Shown here piece by piece: positions 6,837-15,673 of a stretch of 64,000 nucleotides of DNA. Below the pieces are notes generated by a model that saw only the letters and a program-made list of their open reading frames with translations, did no database searches and was not told the DNA's origin. This stretch comes from an uncultured Thermoplasmatales archaeon. Lineage in GTDB: Archaea; Thermoplasmatota; SW-10-69-26. Both the position numbers and the translations under genes were made by a program. The stretch's first letter is position 1, and each line of letters begins with the position of its first letter. Where the stretch lies: assembly GCA_964396185.1 (NCBI GenBank), contig CAYNEI010000001.1, positions 12,014 through 76,013 of the forward strand, written 5' to 3'.

Positions 6837-9326
6837 GTGCGCCTGGCTCTCCTGGTCACCCTGCTCACCCTGCTCGCGCTCGCTCCGGCACACGCACCCC
6901 CCTCGGCGGCCTCCTCTGTCGAGCCGGACCGGCCCACCTGGCTCACCGTGAACGCGACCCAACCAGGGGCGATCGCCGCCGGCGCTGAGCTCGTGCACCC
7001 GATCACGGTCGAGCTGAACGGCTCCACGGGGCGCGCCCCTGGCCTGGCAGGACCCGTGAACCTCACGGTCTTGGCCCCCGAGGATGCGAACTGCTCGTTC
7101 AGGTCTGACGAGGGTACCTACGAGGCAGACCTCCCGCCCGACGCCCTTCCCGATGAACCTGTCCCGCACGACCCGCTGCCACCCGGAACCATCCCGGACG
7201 AACCCCTTCCATCGCAGCCTGATCCACTCGGCCCCCTCCCCGAGCAACCCGTGCCACACGACCAGCTGCCATACGAGGCCATCCCGGACGGGCCCCTCCA
7301 GCCAGAGCCCCTCCCGAGTGAGCACATCCCCGAGCACCCCCTTCCCGAGCAACCCCCCGCACAGGGCCACGCCCCGGAGATGGTGCTACTCGACCCGGTC
7401 GCCGGGAACGCGACGGGCACGTTGACCTGTGGCCCCCTCCAGCCCGGCATGTTCGAGCTGGCCGTGGAGGCCCGTTCGCCACCCCATGCCCCCGGCGATT
7501 GGAACGCGACGGTGACCGTGACAACCGGAGATCCCAGCGGGGTGCCAGGCGAGCCCGGCCTGGCTCTCACAAGCGGCAGCGTCAACGACGACGGCAAGAA
7601 GAAGCACCCAGGCCAAGAGCTCATCACGCGGCTCACCGCCACCCAGGTCGACGTGGTGGACGTGGTGGTCTACCGGCGCGTGGGCGACGGGCTCGTGCCC
7701 ATCGATCAGAGAACCCTACACGTCCCATCGAGCGGCGAGGTGGAGCACCGGTTCAGCCACACCCCTCTGCCTGCCGGGCCCCTGGTCGTCGAGGCCACAG
7801 CAGGCCAGGCGCGCGCCGTGCGCACCGCCGTGATCCTGGACAGCGCGCCCAACCTCGGCGTGGAAGCCCCTGGCGAGCTCCTTGCCGATGGGCGAGAGCT
7901 GAGCCTGGAGATCGAGGTCCTGGACGCGAACTTCGGCTCCACGCCCATGGATCCAGGCCCCGTGTGGGGCTTGCCGGAGATCGCTTGGCGCATCTTCAGG
8001 GGGTCCGCGGAGGTCCAGGACTGGCAGAGCTTGCTGGCTGGCTTCCCGGGGGAAGGGAACGGCACGGCCGAGACGAACCTGATCACCTGGCCCAGCGGCG
8101 AGGGCGCGCTGGCGGTCACTCCAGGACGCGCGGTGCTCCCCATGACCATCGACCCACCTGAGAGCGTAGCGCCCGGCGACTACCGGGTCAGCCTCTACGA
8201 CGCCGATGGAGATCGCCTGGGAGGCGCGAGCTGGACGCTCACCCCACCGCCGGCCATCTCGCTGGACCCTGCCCCACCCATCCCGGGTGCCCCCTGGCGG
8301 GTCAACGCCACGGTGGACCATGCCAGCCAGGGCCTCGAGGTGCGCCTCGTGGCCACAGTCCGAGAGGGGGCCACTGAGACGGTGCTCATCCCTGAAGGGC
8401 AACCAGGGCTCCATGGATCCCTGGACCTCCCAGCCCAGCTCCCGGCCGGCGAGTCCATCCAGCTGGAGGCCTGGGCGAGCTGGCCCGGCCGGCCGAACAC
8501 GACCACCCCGGATGCCCGACTCGAGCTCGCCGTGCCCGAGCTCCCACCCGAGCTGGCACCCTCTGTGCTCGTGGATGGGCGGCCCGTGGCCTCACCAGTG
8601 GCCTTGCACCCAGCGACCGACCGTACCCTTGAGGTCTTCCCAGGTGCGAGTGATCCCAACGGCGATCCGGTGAGTGTGAGCGCGGTGGTGCTGGACCCGG
8701 AGGGCGCGCCAGTGGACTGGCCCGTGCAGACCGGTTCGCCGCTGGAGCTGGGGGTCCCAGTAAGCCTCCCGGCAGGTGGCTACCAGCTCCTGCTCACGGC
8801 CACGAGCACCGGTGGCACGAGCGAGGCAAGCGTCTGGCTCGAGCTCGCCTCGCACGGGTCCCCAGGCGACGGCCAGCTCCCAGCGGCCAGCGATCCCGAC
8901 GGGGTCCAGCCCAAGGTGCGATCCGAACCCGGGCCTCCCGCTGAGCCCGAGACGAGCACCGCACATACCAAGGGCGATCCCGAGGCCCCATCCTCCCCAA
9001 ACGCCACCGAGCAGGCATCCATGGACGCTAAGCAAGCCCCCTCGACGGCCGCACAAGGCAAGGATGGCCCAGCCGGGGACCGCACGCAAGGGTCCATGCG
9101 ACCGGCCGGGTGGCCCTCCCAGGCCTCAGAGACGCACACCTCGCCCTCGGCTTGGCGAGCCTGGATCACACCCGGGCTGGCTGGCCTGGCTGTGGCTCTC
9201 GGGTGGATGCTCAGCCGTCGCTTGGAGCCCGCCGATCCGCAGGTAAGCGAGAGCGCCGGGGGCTCGCGATCGACCCGGAGCCGATGGGAGGGCGTCCAGC
9301 CCGAGCGATGGTCGCGTCACCGGTGA
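6837..9326 (+). CDS. cell-surface protein with signal peptide, proline-rich repeat tract and C-terminal TM anchor
   Basis: 829-aa ORF. N-terminus MRLALLVTLLTLLALAPAHA. Tract DALPDEPVPHDPLPPGTIPDEPLPSQPDPLGPLPEQPVPHDQLPYEAIPDGPLQPEPLPSEHIPEHPLPEQPP. C-terminal ITPGLAGLAVALGWMLSRR. Confidence 0.7.
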   Translation: MRLALLVTLLTLLALAPAHAPPSAASSVEPDRPTWLTVNATQPGAIAAGAELVHPITVELNGSTGRAPGLAGPVNLTVLAPEDANCSFRSDEGTYEADLPPDALPDEPVPHDPLPPGTIPDEPLPSQPDPLGPLPEQPVPHDQLPYEAIPDGPLQPEPLPSEHIPEHPLPEQPPAQGHAPEMVLLDPVAGNATGTLTCGPLQPGMFELAVEARSPPHAPGDWNATVTVTTGDPSGVPGEPGLALTSGSVNDDGKKKHPGQELITRLTATQVDVVDVVVYRRVGDGLVPIDQRTLHVPSSGEVEHRFSHTPLPAGPLVVEATAGQARAVRTAVILDSAPNLGVEAPGELLADGRELSLEIEVLDANFGSTPMDPGPVWGLPEIAWRIFRGSAEVQDWQSLLAGFPGEGNGTAETNLITWPSGEGALAVTPGRAVLPMTIDPPESVAPGDYRVSLYDADGDRLGGASWTLTPPPAISLDPAPPIPGAPWRVNATVDHASQGLEVRLVATVREGATETVLIPEGQPGLHGSLDLPAQLPAGESIQLEAWASWPGRPNTTTPDARLELAVPELPPELAPSVLVDGRPVASPVALHPATDRTLEVFPGASDPNGDPVSVSAVVLDPEGAPVDWPVQTGSPLELGVPVSLPAGGYQLLLTATSTGGTSEASVWLELASHGSPGDGQLPAASDPDGVQPKVRSEPGPPAEPETSTAHTKGDPEAPSSPNATEQASMDAKQAPSTAAQGKDGPAGDRTQGSMRPAGWPSQASETHTSPSAWRAWITPGLAGLAVALGWMLSRRLEPADPQVSESAGGSRSTRSRWEGVQPERWSRHR

Positions 9327-9371
9327 GGTGCGCCTCGGTCATCGGTTCCTAAGGAAGGGCCCCCCCAACGG

Positions 9372-9379
9372 TTTTTATA
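9372..9379 (+). promoter_or_regulatory. TATA-box-like element (TTTTTATA) for the purS-purL-purQ-endA unit
   Basis: AT-rich octamer about 30 nt upstream of the ATG at 9408. This spacing fits a leaderless or near-leaderless transcript. Confidence 0.5.
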
Positions 9380-9407
9380 CTCAACCGGGATGGCTGGACC
9401 GATACCC

Positions 9408-9656
9408 ATGTTCCTTGCCGAGGTCCGGGTCGGGTTCAAGGAAGGGGTCGCTGACCCCGAGGGGGAGAACACCAAGAAGACGCTGCGCCTGCTCGGTTTC
9501 GAGGAGGTGGGTCGTGTCCGCGCGGCCAAGGCGTTCGAGATCGAGGTGGATGCCACCGACGAGACCGCCGCGCGTGATCGCGTCGAGCAGATGTGCGCCA
9601 AGCTGCTCGCCAACCCCGTGGTCAACGACTACACGATCGAGGTGACCGAGCGATGA
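9408..9656 (+). CDS. purS: phosphoribosylformylglycinamidine synthase subunit PurS
   Basis: MFLAEVRVGFKEGVADPEGENTKKTLRLLGF... is a typical PurS sequence. Track ORF starts at 9390, but the Met at 9408 fits PurS length and the TATA spacing. Confidence 0.85.
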   Translation: MFLAEVRVGFKEGVADPEGENTKKTLRLLGFEEVGRVRAAKAFEIEVDATDETAARDRVEQMCAKLLANPVVNDYTIEVTER

Positions 9657-11998
9657 GCGACGTGGACGGGATCTTCACCCCCGTCCGCACCTCCGCCTTC
9701 CCGGAAGGCGACGTCCTGGAGATCGACCTCCTCGGCGCGCCCCTGGAGAGCGTGGTCCAAGTCAGCGACGAGATCGGCTGGGGTCTCTCCACCACCGAGC
9801 TTGCCGCCATCAAGGACCACTTCCAGGGCTTGGAGCGCAACCCCACCGACATCGAGATCGAGGCGCTCGGCCAGGGCTGGAGCGAGCACTGCTGCTACAA
9901 GACCAGCAAGCCCGTGCTCCGCGAGCACGTCTTCGGCATCGCCGAGGACAAGGTGCTCGTGCGCGAGGACGCCGGCGTTGTCGACTTCGACGACGAGCAC
10001 GTCTACGCCGTGCGCATCGAGAGCCACAACCACCCCTCGGCCATCGAGCCCTACGGAGGCGCGGCCACCGGCGTAGGCGGCATCCTGCGCGACATCACGT
10101 GCATGGGTGCTCAGCCCATGGCCGTGGCAGACATGCTCTTCTTCGGCCCCCCCGACCTCCCAGACGACGAGCTCCCATCAGGCACGAACCACCCGACCTA
10201 TCTCACGCAAGGGGTCATCGCCGGCATCCGCGACTACGGCAACCGCGTGGGGATCCCGAACCTCACCGGCTCGATCCACTTCCACCCGGACTACACCACC
10301 AACTGCCTGGTCAACGTGGGCTGCCTGGGCGTGGGCAAGAAGGAGCACCTCACCCACTCACGCTCCGGGCCCCCGGGCTCGATCTGGGTGCTGGCCGGTG
10401 GTCGCACGGGCCGCGATGGCATCCACGGCGTCACGTTCGCCAGCAAGGAGCTCAGCGAGGAGTCAGCCGCTGATGTCCCGGCCGTCCAGCTCGGGGACCC
10501 CATCACCAAGGAGCCCCTCATCCATGCTTGTCTCGAGTGCATCGAGGCCGGCCTCGTGCGAGGCATGAAAGACCTCGGCGGCGGCGGGCTCTCGTGCGCC
10601 GTAGGCGAGATGTGCGAAGCCGGTGGCGTGGGCGCGGACATCGAGCTCAGCGAGGTCCACCTCAAGGCAGACGGCATGAAGCCCTGGGAGATCTGGGTCA
10701 GCGAGTCCCAGGAGCGCATGATGCTCAGTGTGGCCCCCGACGACCTCGACGACGTGCTGGCCATCTTCCAGCTCTGGGACGTGCCTGCTGTCGTGCTCGG
10801 CGAGGCCACCGAGAACACGAACATCAAGGCGCGCTGGCACGGCGAGGTCATCTTCGATCTGGATCCCATCTTCGTTTACGAGGGCCCCGAGGTCGACCGA
10901 CCCAGCCAGCCTCCCGCCCCCGCCCAGCCCGGGGCGGATCCAGGCCCTCCGCCGGCCTGGGACAAGGCTGTCCTCCAGGTCCTGGCCGATCCGAACGTCG
11001 CGTGTCGTGCGCCCATGCTGCGGGAGTACGATCACACCGTGCGCGCGTCCACCATCGTGCCCCCCTGGATCGGGGAGCTCAACAGCGATGGCCACAACGA
11101 CGCCTCGGTGATCAAGCCTCTGGAGGATTCATGGCGGGGTCTGACCCTGGCCACTGGGCTCAACCCGGCGCTCACCGCCGTGGACCCGTACTGGGGCTCG
11201 CTTAGCGCGCTCGACGAGCTCGTGCGCAACCTCGCCTGCGTCGGGGCTCGCATCGACACCATCGCGGACTGCCTCAACTTCCCCAACCCGGAGAAGCCCG
11301 AGGGCATGTGGCGCTTCAAGGAATCCTGCCGGGCACTTGGCACAGGGGCCCGCGCGCTGGATGTCCCGTTCGTCTCCGGCAACGTCTCCCTCTACAACGA
11401 GAGCCACGCCGGTGCCGTGCCCGCGACCCCCACCCTGCTCGGCGTAGGCGTGCTCGAGGACGTGCGCAAGAGCGTGACCTCGGATCTCAAGGGCGGCGAT
11501 CTCGTGCTCGTCGGCGAGACCGGCCCCGACTTCGGCGGCTCCGTGTACGCAAGCCTCAACGAGGCCGGCGGTTCCGTGGGCCAGGTTGACCTCGACCGGC
11601 TCCAGGCCAGCATGGAGGCCGTGGTCTCGGCCATCGAACAAGACCTGGTCACCGCGGCCCACGACCCCAGCGAGGGGGGCCTGGTGGCCTGCCTGGCCGA
11701 GATGGCCTTCGGCGGCCAGACCGGGTTCACCGTGGACCTCACCAGCGTCCACGACGAAGGCGAGGTGGCGTTGTTCGCTGAGAGCCCCACCCGCTGGGTG
11801 CTGGAAACCCAGGACGCCGACGCGCTCATCACGCATCTCGAGCAAGCCGGTGTACCCGCCACCCGGCTGGGCACCACGCAAGCCGATCGCCTCACGATCC
11901 AGCACAACGAGCGTACGCTGGTCGAGCTGGGCCTCAACACCGCCTACGACGCATGGCATGGTGGCCTCACCCGGTTCTTCGGGGGCGATGCGTCGTGA
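9653..11998 (+). CDS. purL: phosphoribosylformylglycinamidine synthase subunit PurL (FGAM synthase II)
   Basis: ATG at 9653 overlaps the purS stop (ATGA). 781 aa with PurL blocks EALGQGWSEHCCYK, ESHNHPSAIEPYGGAATGVGGILRD, KDLGGGGLSCAVGEM. Confidence 0.95.
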   Translation: MSDVDGIFTPVRTSAFPEGDVLEIDLLGAPLESVVQVSDEIGWGLSTTELAAIKDHFQGLERNPTDIEIEALGQGWSEHCCYKTSKPVLREHVFGIAEDKVLVREDAGVVDFDDEHVYAVRIESHNHPSAIEPYGGAATGVGGILRDITCMGAQPMAVADMLFFGPPDLPDDELPSGTNHPTYLTQGVIAGIRDYGNRVGIPNLTGSIHFHPDYTTNCLVNVGCLGVGKKEHLTHSRSGPPGSIWVLAGGRTGRDGIHGVTFASKELSEESAADVPAVQLGDPITKEPLIHACLECIEAGLVRGMKDLGGGGLSCAVGEMCEAGGVGADIELSEVHLKADGMKPWEIWVSESQERMMLSVAPDDLDDVLAIFQLWDVPAVVLGEATENTNIKARWHGEVIFDLDPIFVYEGPEVDRPSQPPAPAQPGADPGPPPAWDKAVLQVLADPNVACRAPMLREYDHTVRASTIVPPWIGELNSDGHNDASVIKPLEDSWRGLTLATGLNPALTAVDPYWGSLSALDELVRNLACVGARIDTIADCLNFPNPEKPEGMWRFKESCRALGTGARALDVPFVSGNVSLYNESHAGAVPATPTLLGVGVLEDVRKSVTSDLKGGDLVLVGETGPDFGGSVYASLNEAGGSVGQVDLDRLQASMEAVVSAIEQDLVTAAHDPSEGGLVACLAEMAFGGQTGFTVDLTSVHDEGEVALFAESPTRWVLETQDADALITHLEQAGVPATRLGTTQADRLTIQHNERTLVELGLNTAYDAWHGGLTRFFGGDAS

Positions 11999-12831
11999 CC
12001 GAGCCCACCGTGGCGGTGCTGCGCATGGAGGGCACGAACAACGAGCAGGACATGTTCCGGGCGTTCCAGGCAGCCGGTGCCGAGCCGAGCTACGTGCACC
12101 TCAACCAGCTCACCCCGGGCCGCGTGCCCAGCCGGTTGGCCGTGGACCTTGAGGACTTCGATATCCTGGCCATCCCTGGTGGCTTCTCGGCTGGCGACTA
12201 CGTGCGCGCAGGCGCGATCTTCGCTGCTCGGCTCAAGACCGCGTGCAGCGACGCGCTCGACCACTTCCACGAGGAGCGCAAGCCCATCATCGGCACGTGC
12301 AACGGGTTCCAAGTCCTGGTCGAGCTTGGCCTGCTCCCCGGCGTGGAGGCCCCACGCACGCCGACCCCGGAAGCCGTGCTCACCACGAACGAGTCCGACC
12401 GCTACGAGTGTCGTCCTTCGCTGTTGACCGTGGACGAGGGGTGCGTCTCCCCGTTCCTCTCCAACTACGCCAACGCAGAGACGCTCATGTTCCCCTCTGC
12501 CCACGCTGAAGGACGCTTCCTTACCCACCCAGGGTTGGATGTCGACGCGCTGGCGGATGCTGGGCAAGTCGCCTTCCGATACGCGGCACCCGACGGGCGC
12601 ACGCCTGGCTACCCGTGGAACCCCAACGGCTCGCCAGGGGACGTGGCCGGCATCACGGACCCCACGGGCACCGTGCTGGGCCTCATGCCCCATCCGGACC
12701 GGGTCATCCACGGCTGGCAGCACCCGGACTGGACGCGCAACGGGGACCCGGATGCCCAGGGCGATGGCCTGGCGTTCTTCCAAGGCATCGTCGAGTACGC
12801 GCGCAAGCCCAACGGCCAGGGGTCATCCTAG
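11995..12831 (+). CDS. purQ: phosphoribosylformylglycinamidine synthase glutaminase subunit PurQ
   Basis: GTG at 11995 overlaps the purL stop (GTGA). VAVLRMEGTNNEQDM, catalytic GTCNGFQVL, HAEGRF and C-terminal MPHPDR. Confidence 0.9.
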   Translation: MTEPTVAVLRMEGTNNEQDMFRAFQAAGAEPSYVHLNQLTPGRVPSRLAVDLEDFDILAIPGGFSAGDYVRAGAIFAARLKTACSDALDHFHEERKPIIGTCNGFQVLVELGLLPGVEAPRTPTPEAVLTTNESDRYECRPSLLTVDEGCVSPFLSNYANAETLMFPSAHAEGRFLTHPGLDVDALADAGQVAFRYAAPDGRTPGYPWNPNGSPGDVAGITDPTGTVLGLMPHPDRVIHGWQHPDWTRNGDPDAQGDGLAFFQGIVEYARKPNGQGSS

Positions 12832-12834
12832 CCT

Positions 12835-13878
12835 ATGGCGCATGCTACTGGCACGCTGGAAGGGACCGTCGTGCTCGTACGCGACGGTGGCCAGGTGGAC
12901 CGGCTCCAGGCCAAAGGCTCGTATGGCGTGCGCGTCAAAGAGGGCCTCGCACTGGATATCTACGAGGCTGCCCACCTGGTCGAGCAATCTCGCTTGGAGG
13001 TCCATCGGCCCGGCGAGACCACCGCGATCCCCATGGACCACCTGCTCGCACTCGGCGCCCAGGAGCTCGATCGCTTCGAGACCGAGCACCTCTCCTTCCG
13101 GGACCTGCGCTCCCGGGGCTACGTCGCCCGCCGCCGCGACGACCACGACCTGGACGCCTGGGAGCGCGGGACCGCGCCACCCCGGCAGAAGCCCAGCATG
13201 CTCGTGGCCGCCCGCGGCGAAGCCGAGCCCGCCACGCCTGCCACCCTGGACGACCTGATCACACGAGCCAGAGGGCTTGGACGCAAGCTCCTGCTCAGCG
13301 TGGTGGACGAGGAGAGCGATGTGACCTACTACGATGTCGACGAGGCCACGATCCTCGGACAGGTGCCTGACCCGGCCCCGGAGCTGGCCAGCCAGGCCCG
13401 CGTGGTGGTGCTCCGGGAGCGCGCGGTGCTCCTGGAGGCTCCGGACGGCCTGCAAGCGGCGGGCTACGGTCACGAGGCCGGCGACCAGATCTTCCTATCC
13501 CTGGCCGAGGCCCACCACCTCTGCGCCAACGGCATGACCGCCCAAGGCCTCGATGCCAACCCCCTCTCCCCTGACGACATCCGAGACCAGGTGCAAGCCA
13601 ACCAGCCCTGTGCTGAGCACGCGATCCAAGCCTACGCGTGGCTGCGGGAGCGCGAGCTCGTGCCCAAAACCGGGTTCAAGTTCGGGGTGCACTTCCGGGT
13701 CTACCAGTCCGAACCCAACGTCTCCCATGCACCCTTCCTCGTGCAAGCCCTCGATCCTGAGGCGCCGTGGACGTTCAGGGACCTGGCGCGCTTCGTGCGG
13801 CTCTCTCACAGCGTGAAGAAACAGCCGGTGCTGTGGAGCCAGGCTGGAGCGGTGATGGTCCAGTGGACACGGCCCTGA
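12835..13878 (+). CDS. endA: tRNA-splicing endonuclease (two-domain EndA)
   Basis: 347-aa ORF starting 4 nt after the purQ stop. C-terminal catalytic region LVPKTGFKFGVHFRVYQ...HAPFLV...RLSHSVKK. Confidence 0.85.
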   Translation: MAHATGTLEGTVVLVRDGGQVDRLQAKGSYGVRVKEGLALDIYEAAHLVEQSRLEVHRPGETTAIPMDHLLALGAQELDRFETEHLSFRDLRSRGYVARRRDDHDLDAWERGTAPPRQKPSMLVAARGEAEPATPATLDDLITRARGLGRKLLLSVVDEESDVTYYDVDEATILGQVPDPAPELASQARVVVLRERAVLLEAPDGLQAAGYGHEAGDQIFLSLAEAHHLCANGMTAQGLDANPLSPDDIRDQVQANQPCAEHAIQAYAWLRERELVPKTGFKFGVHFRVYQSEPNVSHAPFLVQALDPEAPWTFRDLARFVRLSHSVKKQPVLWSQAGAVMVQWTRP

Positions 13879-13912
13879 TGAGCCGAGCCCCGAGGCTAGT
13901 CCGCAGCACGGG

Positions 13913-14086
13913 TCAGGACGGTTGTTCGGGTTCCTGCTCGTGGTAGTCCTGGCCCTCGTAGGTCGTGGTCAGCTCACACTCCGGGCAGGTGTACTCATGC
14001 ATGCCCAGCACGGGCCGGCCGGCGAAGCCTACCGAGATCCCAGTGGGGAACTCGTGGTCGCAATCCTTGCAGCGCACGTACAACAT
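13913..14086 (-). CDS. small zinc-ribbon protein (57 aa; below the 60-aa cutoff of the ORF track)
   Basis: Hand translation of the minus strand: MLYVRCKDCDHEFPTGISVGFAGRPVLGMHEYTCPECELTTTYEGQDYHEQEPEQPS. It has CxxC...CxxC, GC3-rich codons and fills an otherwise empty gap. Confidence 0.5.
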   Translation of the reverse strand: MLYVRCKDCDHEFPTGISVGFAGRPVLGMHEYTCPECELTTTYEGQDYHEQEPEQPS

Positions 14087-14278
14087 GCCCAAGGTCTCGT
14101 CCCCGTGACCCCGTAGCGTGCTACAGGGTCAAGCGTTTTTCGCAAGGCATACAGGACTCAATGAACGTTGACTCATCATCGTTGCGGCAATCGGTCCGGC
14201 GTGTGATGCGGCAACGAACGCACCGTGAGCGTACCCCACCCATGAAAATCCATAAGTACGATTATGATAATCCTTCTT

Positions 14279-15673
14279 ATGGTGTTTCTCGATCGCGAGA
14301 ACGAGCTCGCCAGCCTGGAGGGGCTCTTCGACACACCGTCTGCCAAGCTGTGCAGGCTTTACGGTCGAAGAAGACTCGGGAAGACCGCGCTCCTCCTCGA
14401 GGCCAAGCAGGCGAAGGGCGGCCTCTTCCTCACCGTCCCAGAGCAGACGCCCAGCGGCATCCTCCACGCCCTGAACGTACAGCTCCAGCGCGAGACGGGC
14501 CGGCCGCTCAAGTACTCCAGCCTCCAGCAGCTCCTGGAGGATCTGCCCAACATCGCCCCCCGGCTCGTCGTTCTGGACGAGTTCCAACGCCTGCGCGAAC
14601 GCTACGATGATGTGGAGGGCACCCTCCAGACGGTTTGGGACCACGATCTACAGGACACCGATATCATCCTCGTTCTCTGCGGCTCGGTCATCGGGATGAT
14701 GGCGAAGCTCAACGCGGCCACCGCCCCGCTGCATGGCCGCTTCGCATGGGACCTGCATCTGCAACCCTTCACCTACGGCGCGGTCCGCCTCTTCTACCCA
14801 GAGGCTTCGGAGGAGGAGCGCATCCGGCGCTACGCGGTCTTCGGTGCAACGCCCCACTACCACAGGCTCTCCCACGAGCACCCGCTGGAGGATGCCATCC
14901 AGCGTCTCTTCCTGGCAGAGGGCGCGCCGCTCAAGGAGGAACCGCGGCTGCTGCTCGAGCTGGAGCTGCGCAAGCCGGACCGGTACCAGGAGATCCTGGA
15001 GGCTCTGGGCGCCGGTCGCAGGACCCTTGGGGAGGTCGCGAACCTCTACGGCGAGAAGCACTCGGCCTACACCCCCTACCTGGCCAAGCTGCGCGACGAG
15101 TTGGGCATCGTCCGGAGCGATGACCCCCTCCACGGCAAGAAGAGGCGGAAGCGGATCCACTTCAGCGATCCCTTCTTCCACTTCTACTACCGGTTCATCT
15201 ACCCCAACCTGGCCCGCCTCGACCTTGGCGACCTAGAGGGCGTGGTCGCCGACATCGAGCGTGATCTCCCAGCCCACGTCGGGCGGCCTGGGCTCGAGGA
15301 GGTCGGGCGCCAGACGCTTGCCGCCCTCAACGGGCGCCGGCACTCAGGGCAGCGATTCGCGTTCTCCGAGCTCGGGGCGTGGTGGGACGGGGAGGATGAG
15401 CTCGACGCGGTGGCGGTCGGCAGCGACCAAGCCTACGCGCTTGAGGCCAAGTTCACCGCCAGCCCGTTCAGCACGGGGGATTTGAAGGTGCTCCTGCGAC
15501 GGGCCGAGCTCTTCGGCCAGGCGTGTAATAGGCGCGAGGTGATCCCCATCGCGTTGAGCCGGAGCGGCTTTAGCCCTTCCGTGGAGGCTGAGATCGAAGA
15601 GGGGACGTTGGTCGCCTGGACGTTGGAGGATGTCGAGGCGATCCACGGCACCCCTGGAGCTAATGCACGCTAG
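14279..15673 (+). CDS. archaeal-type AAA+ ATPase with DUF234-like PD-(D/E)xK C-terminal domain
   Basis: MVFLDRENELASL..., Walker A GRRRLGKTALL, Walker B VVLDEFQ, C-terminal GAWWDGEDELDAVAV...LEAKF. Track ORF starts at 14264; the ATG at 14279 fits the family N-terminus. AT-rich promoter region at 14240-14275. Confidence 0.8.
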   Translation: MVFLDRENELASLEGLFDTPSAKLCRLYGRRRLGKTALLLEAKQAKGGLFLTVPEQTPSGILHALNVQLQRETGRPLKYSSLQQLLEDLPNIAPRLVVLDEFQRLRERYDDVEGTLQTVWDHDLQDTDIILVLCGSVIGMMAKLNAATAPLHGRFAWDLHLQPFTYGAVRLFYPEASEEERIRRYAVFGATPHYHRLSHEHPLEDAIQRLFLAEGAPLKEEPRLLLELELRKPDRYQEILEALGAGRRTLGEVANLYGEKHSAYTPYLAKLRDELGIVRSDDPLHGKKRRKRIHFSDPFFHFYYRFIYPNLARLDLGDLEGVVADIERDLPAHVGRPGLEEVGRQTLAALNGRRHSGQRFAFSELGAWWDGEDELDAVAVGSDQAYALEAKFTASPFSTGDLKVLLRRAELFGQACNRREVIPIALSRSGFSPSVEAEIEEGTLVAWTLEDVEAIHGTPGANAR

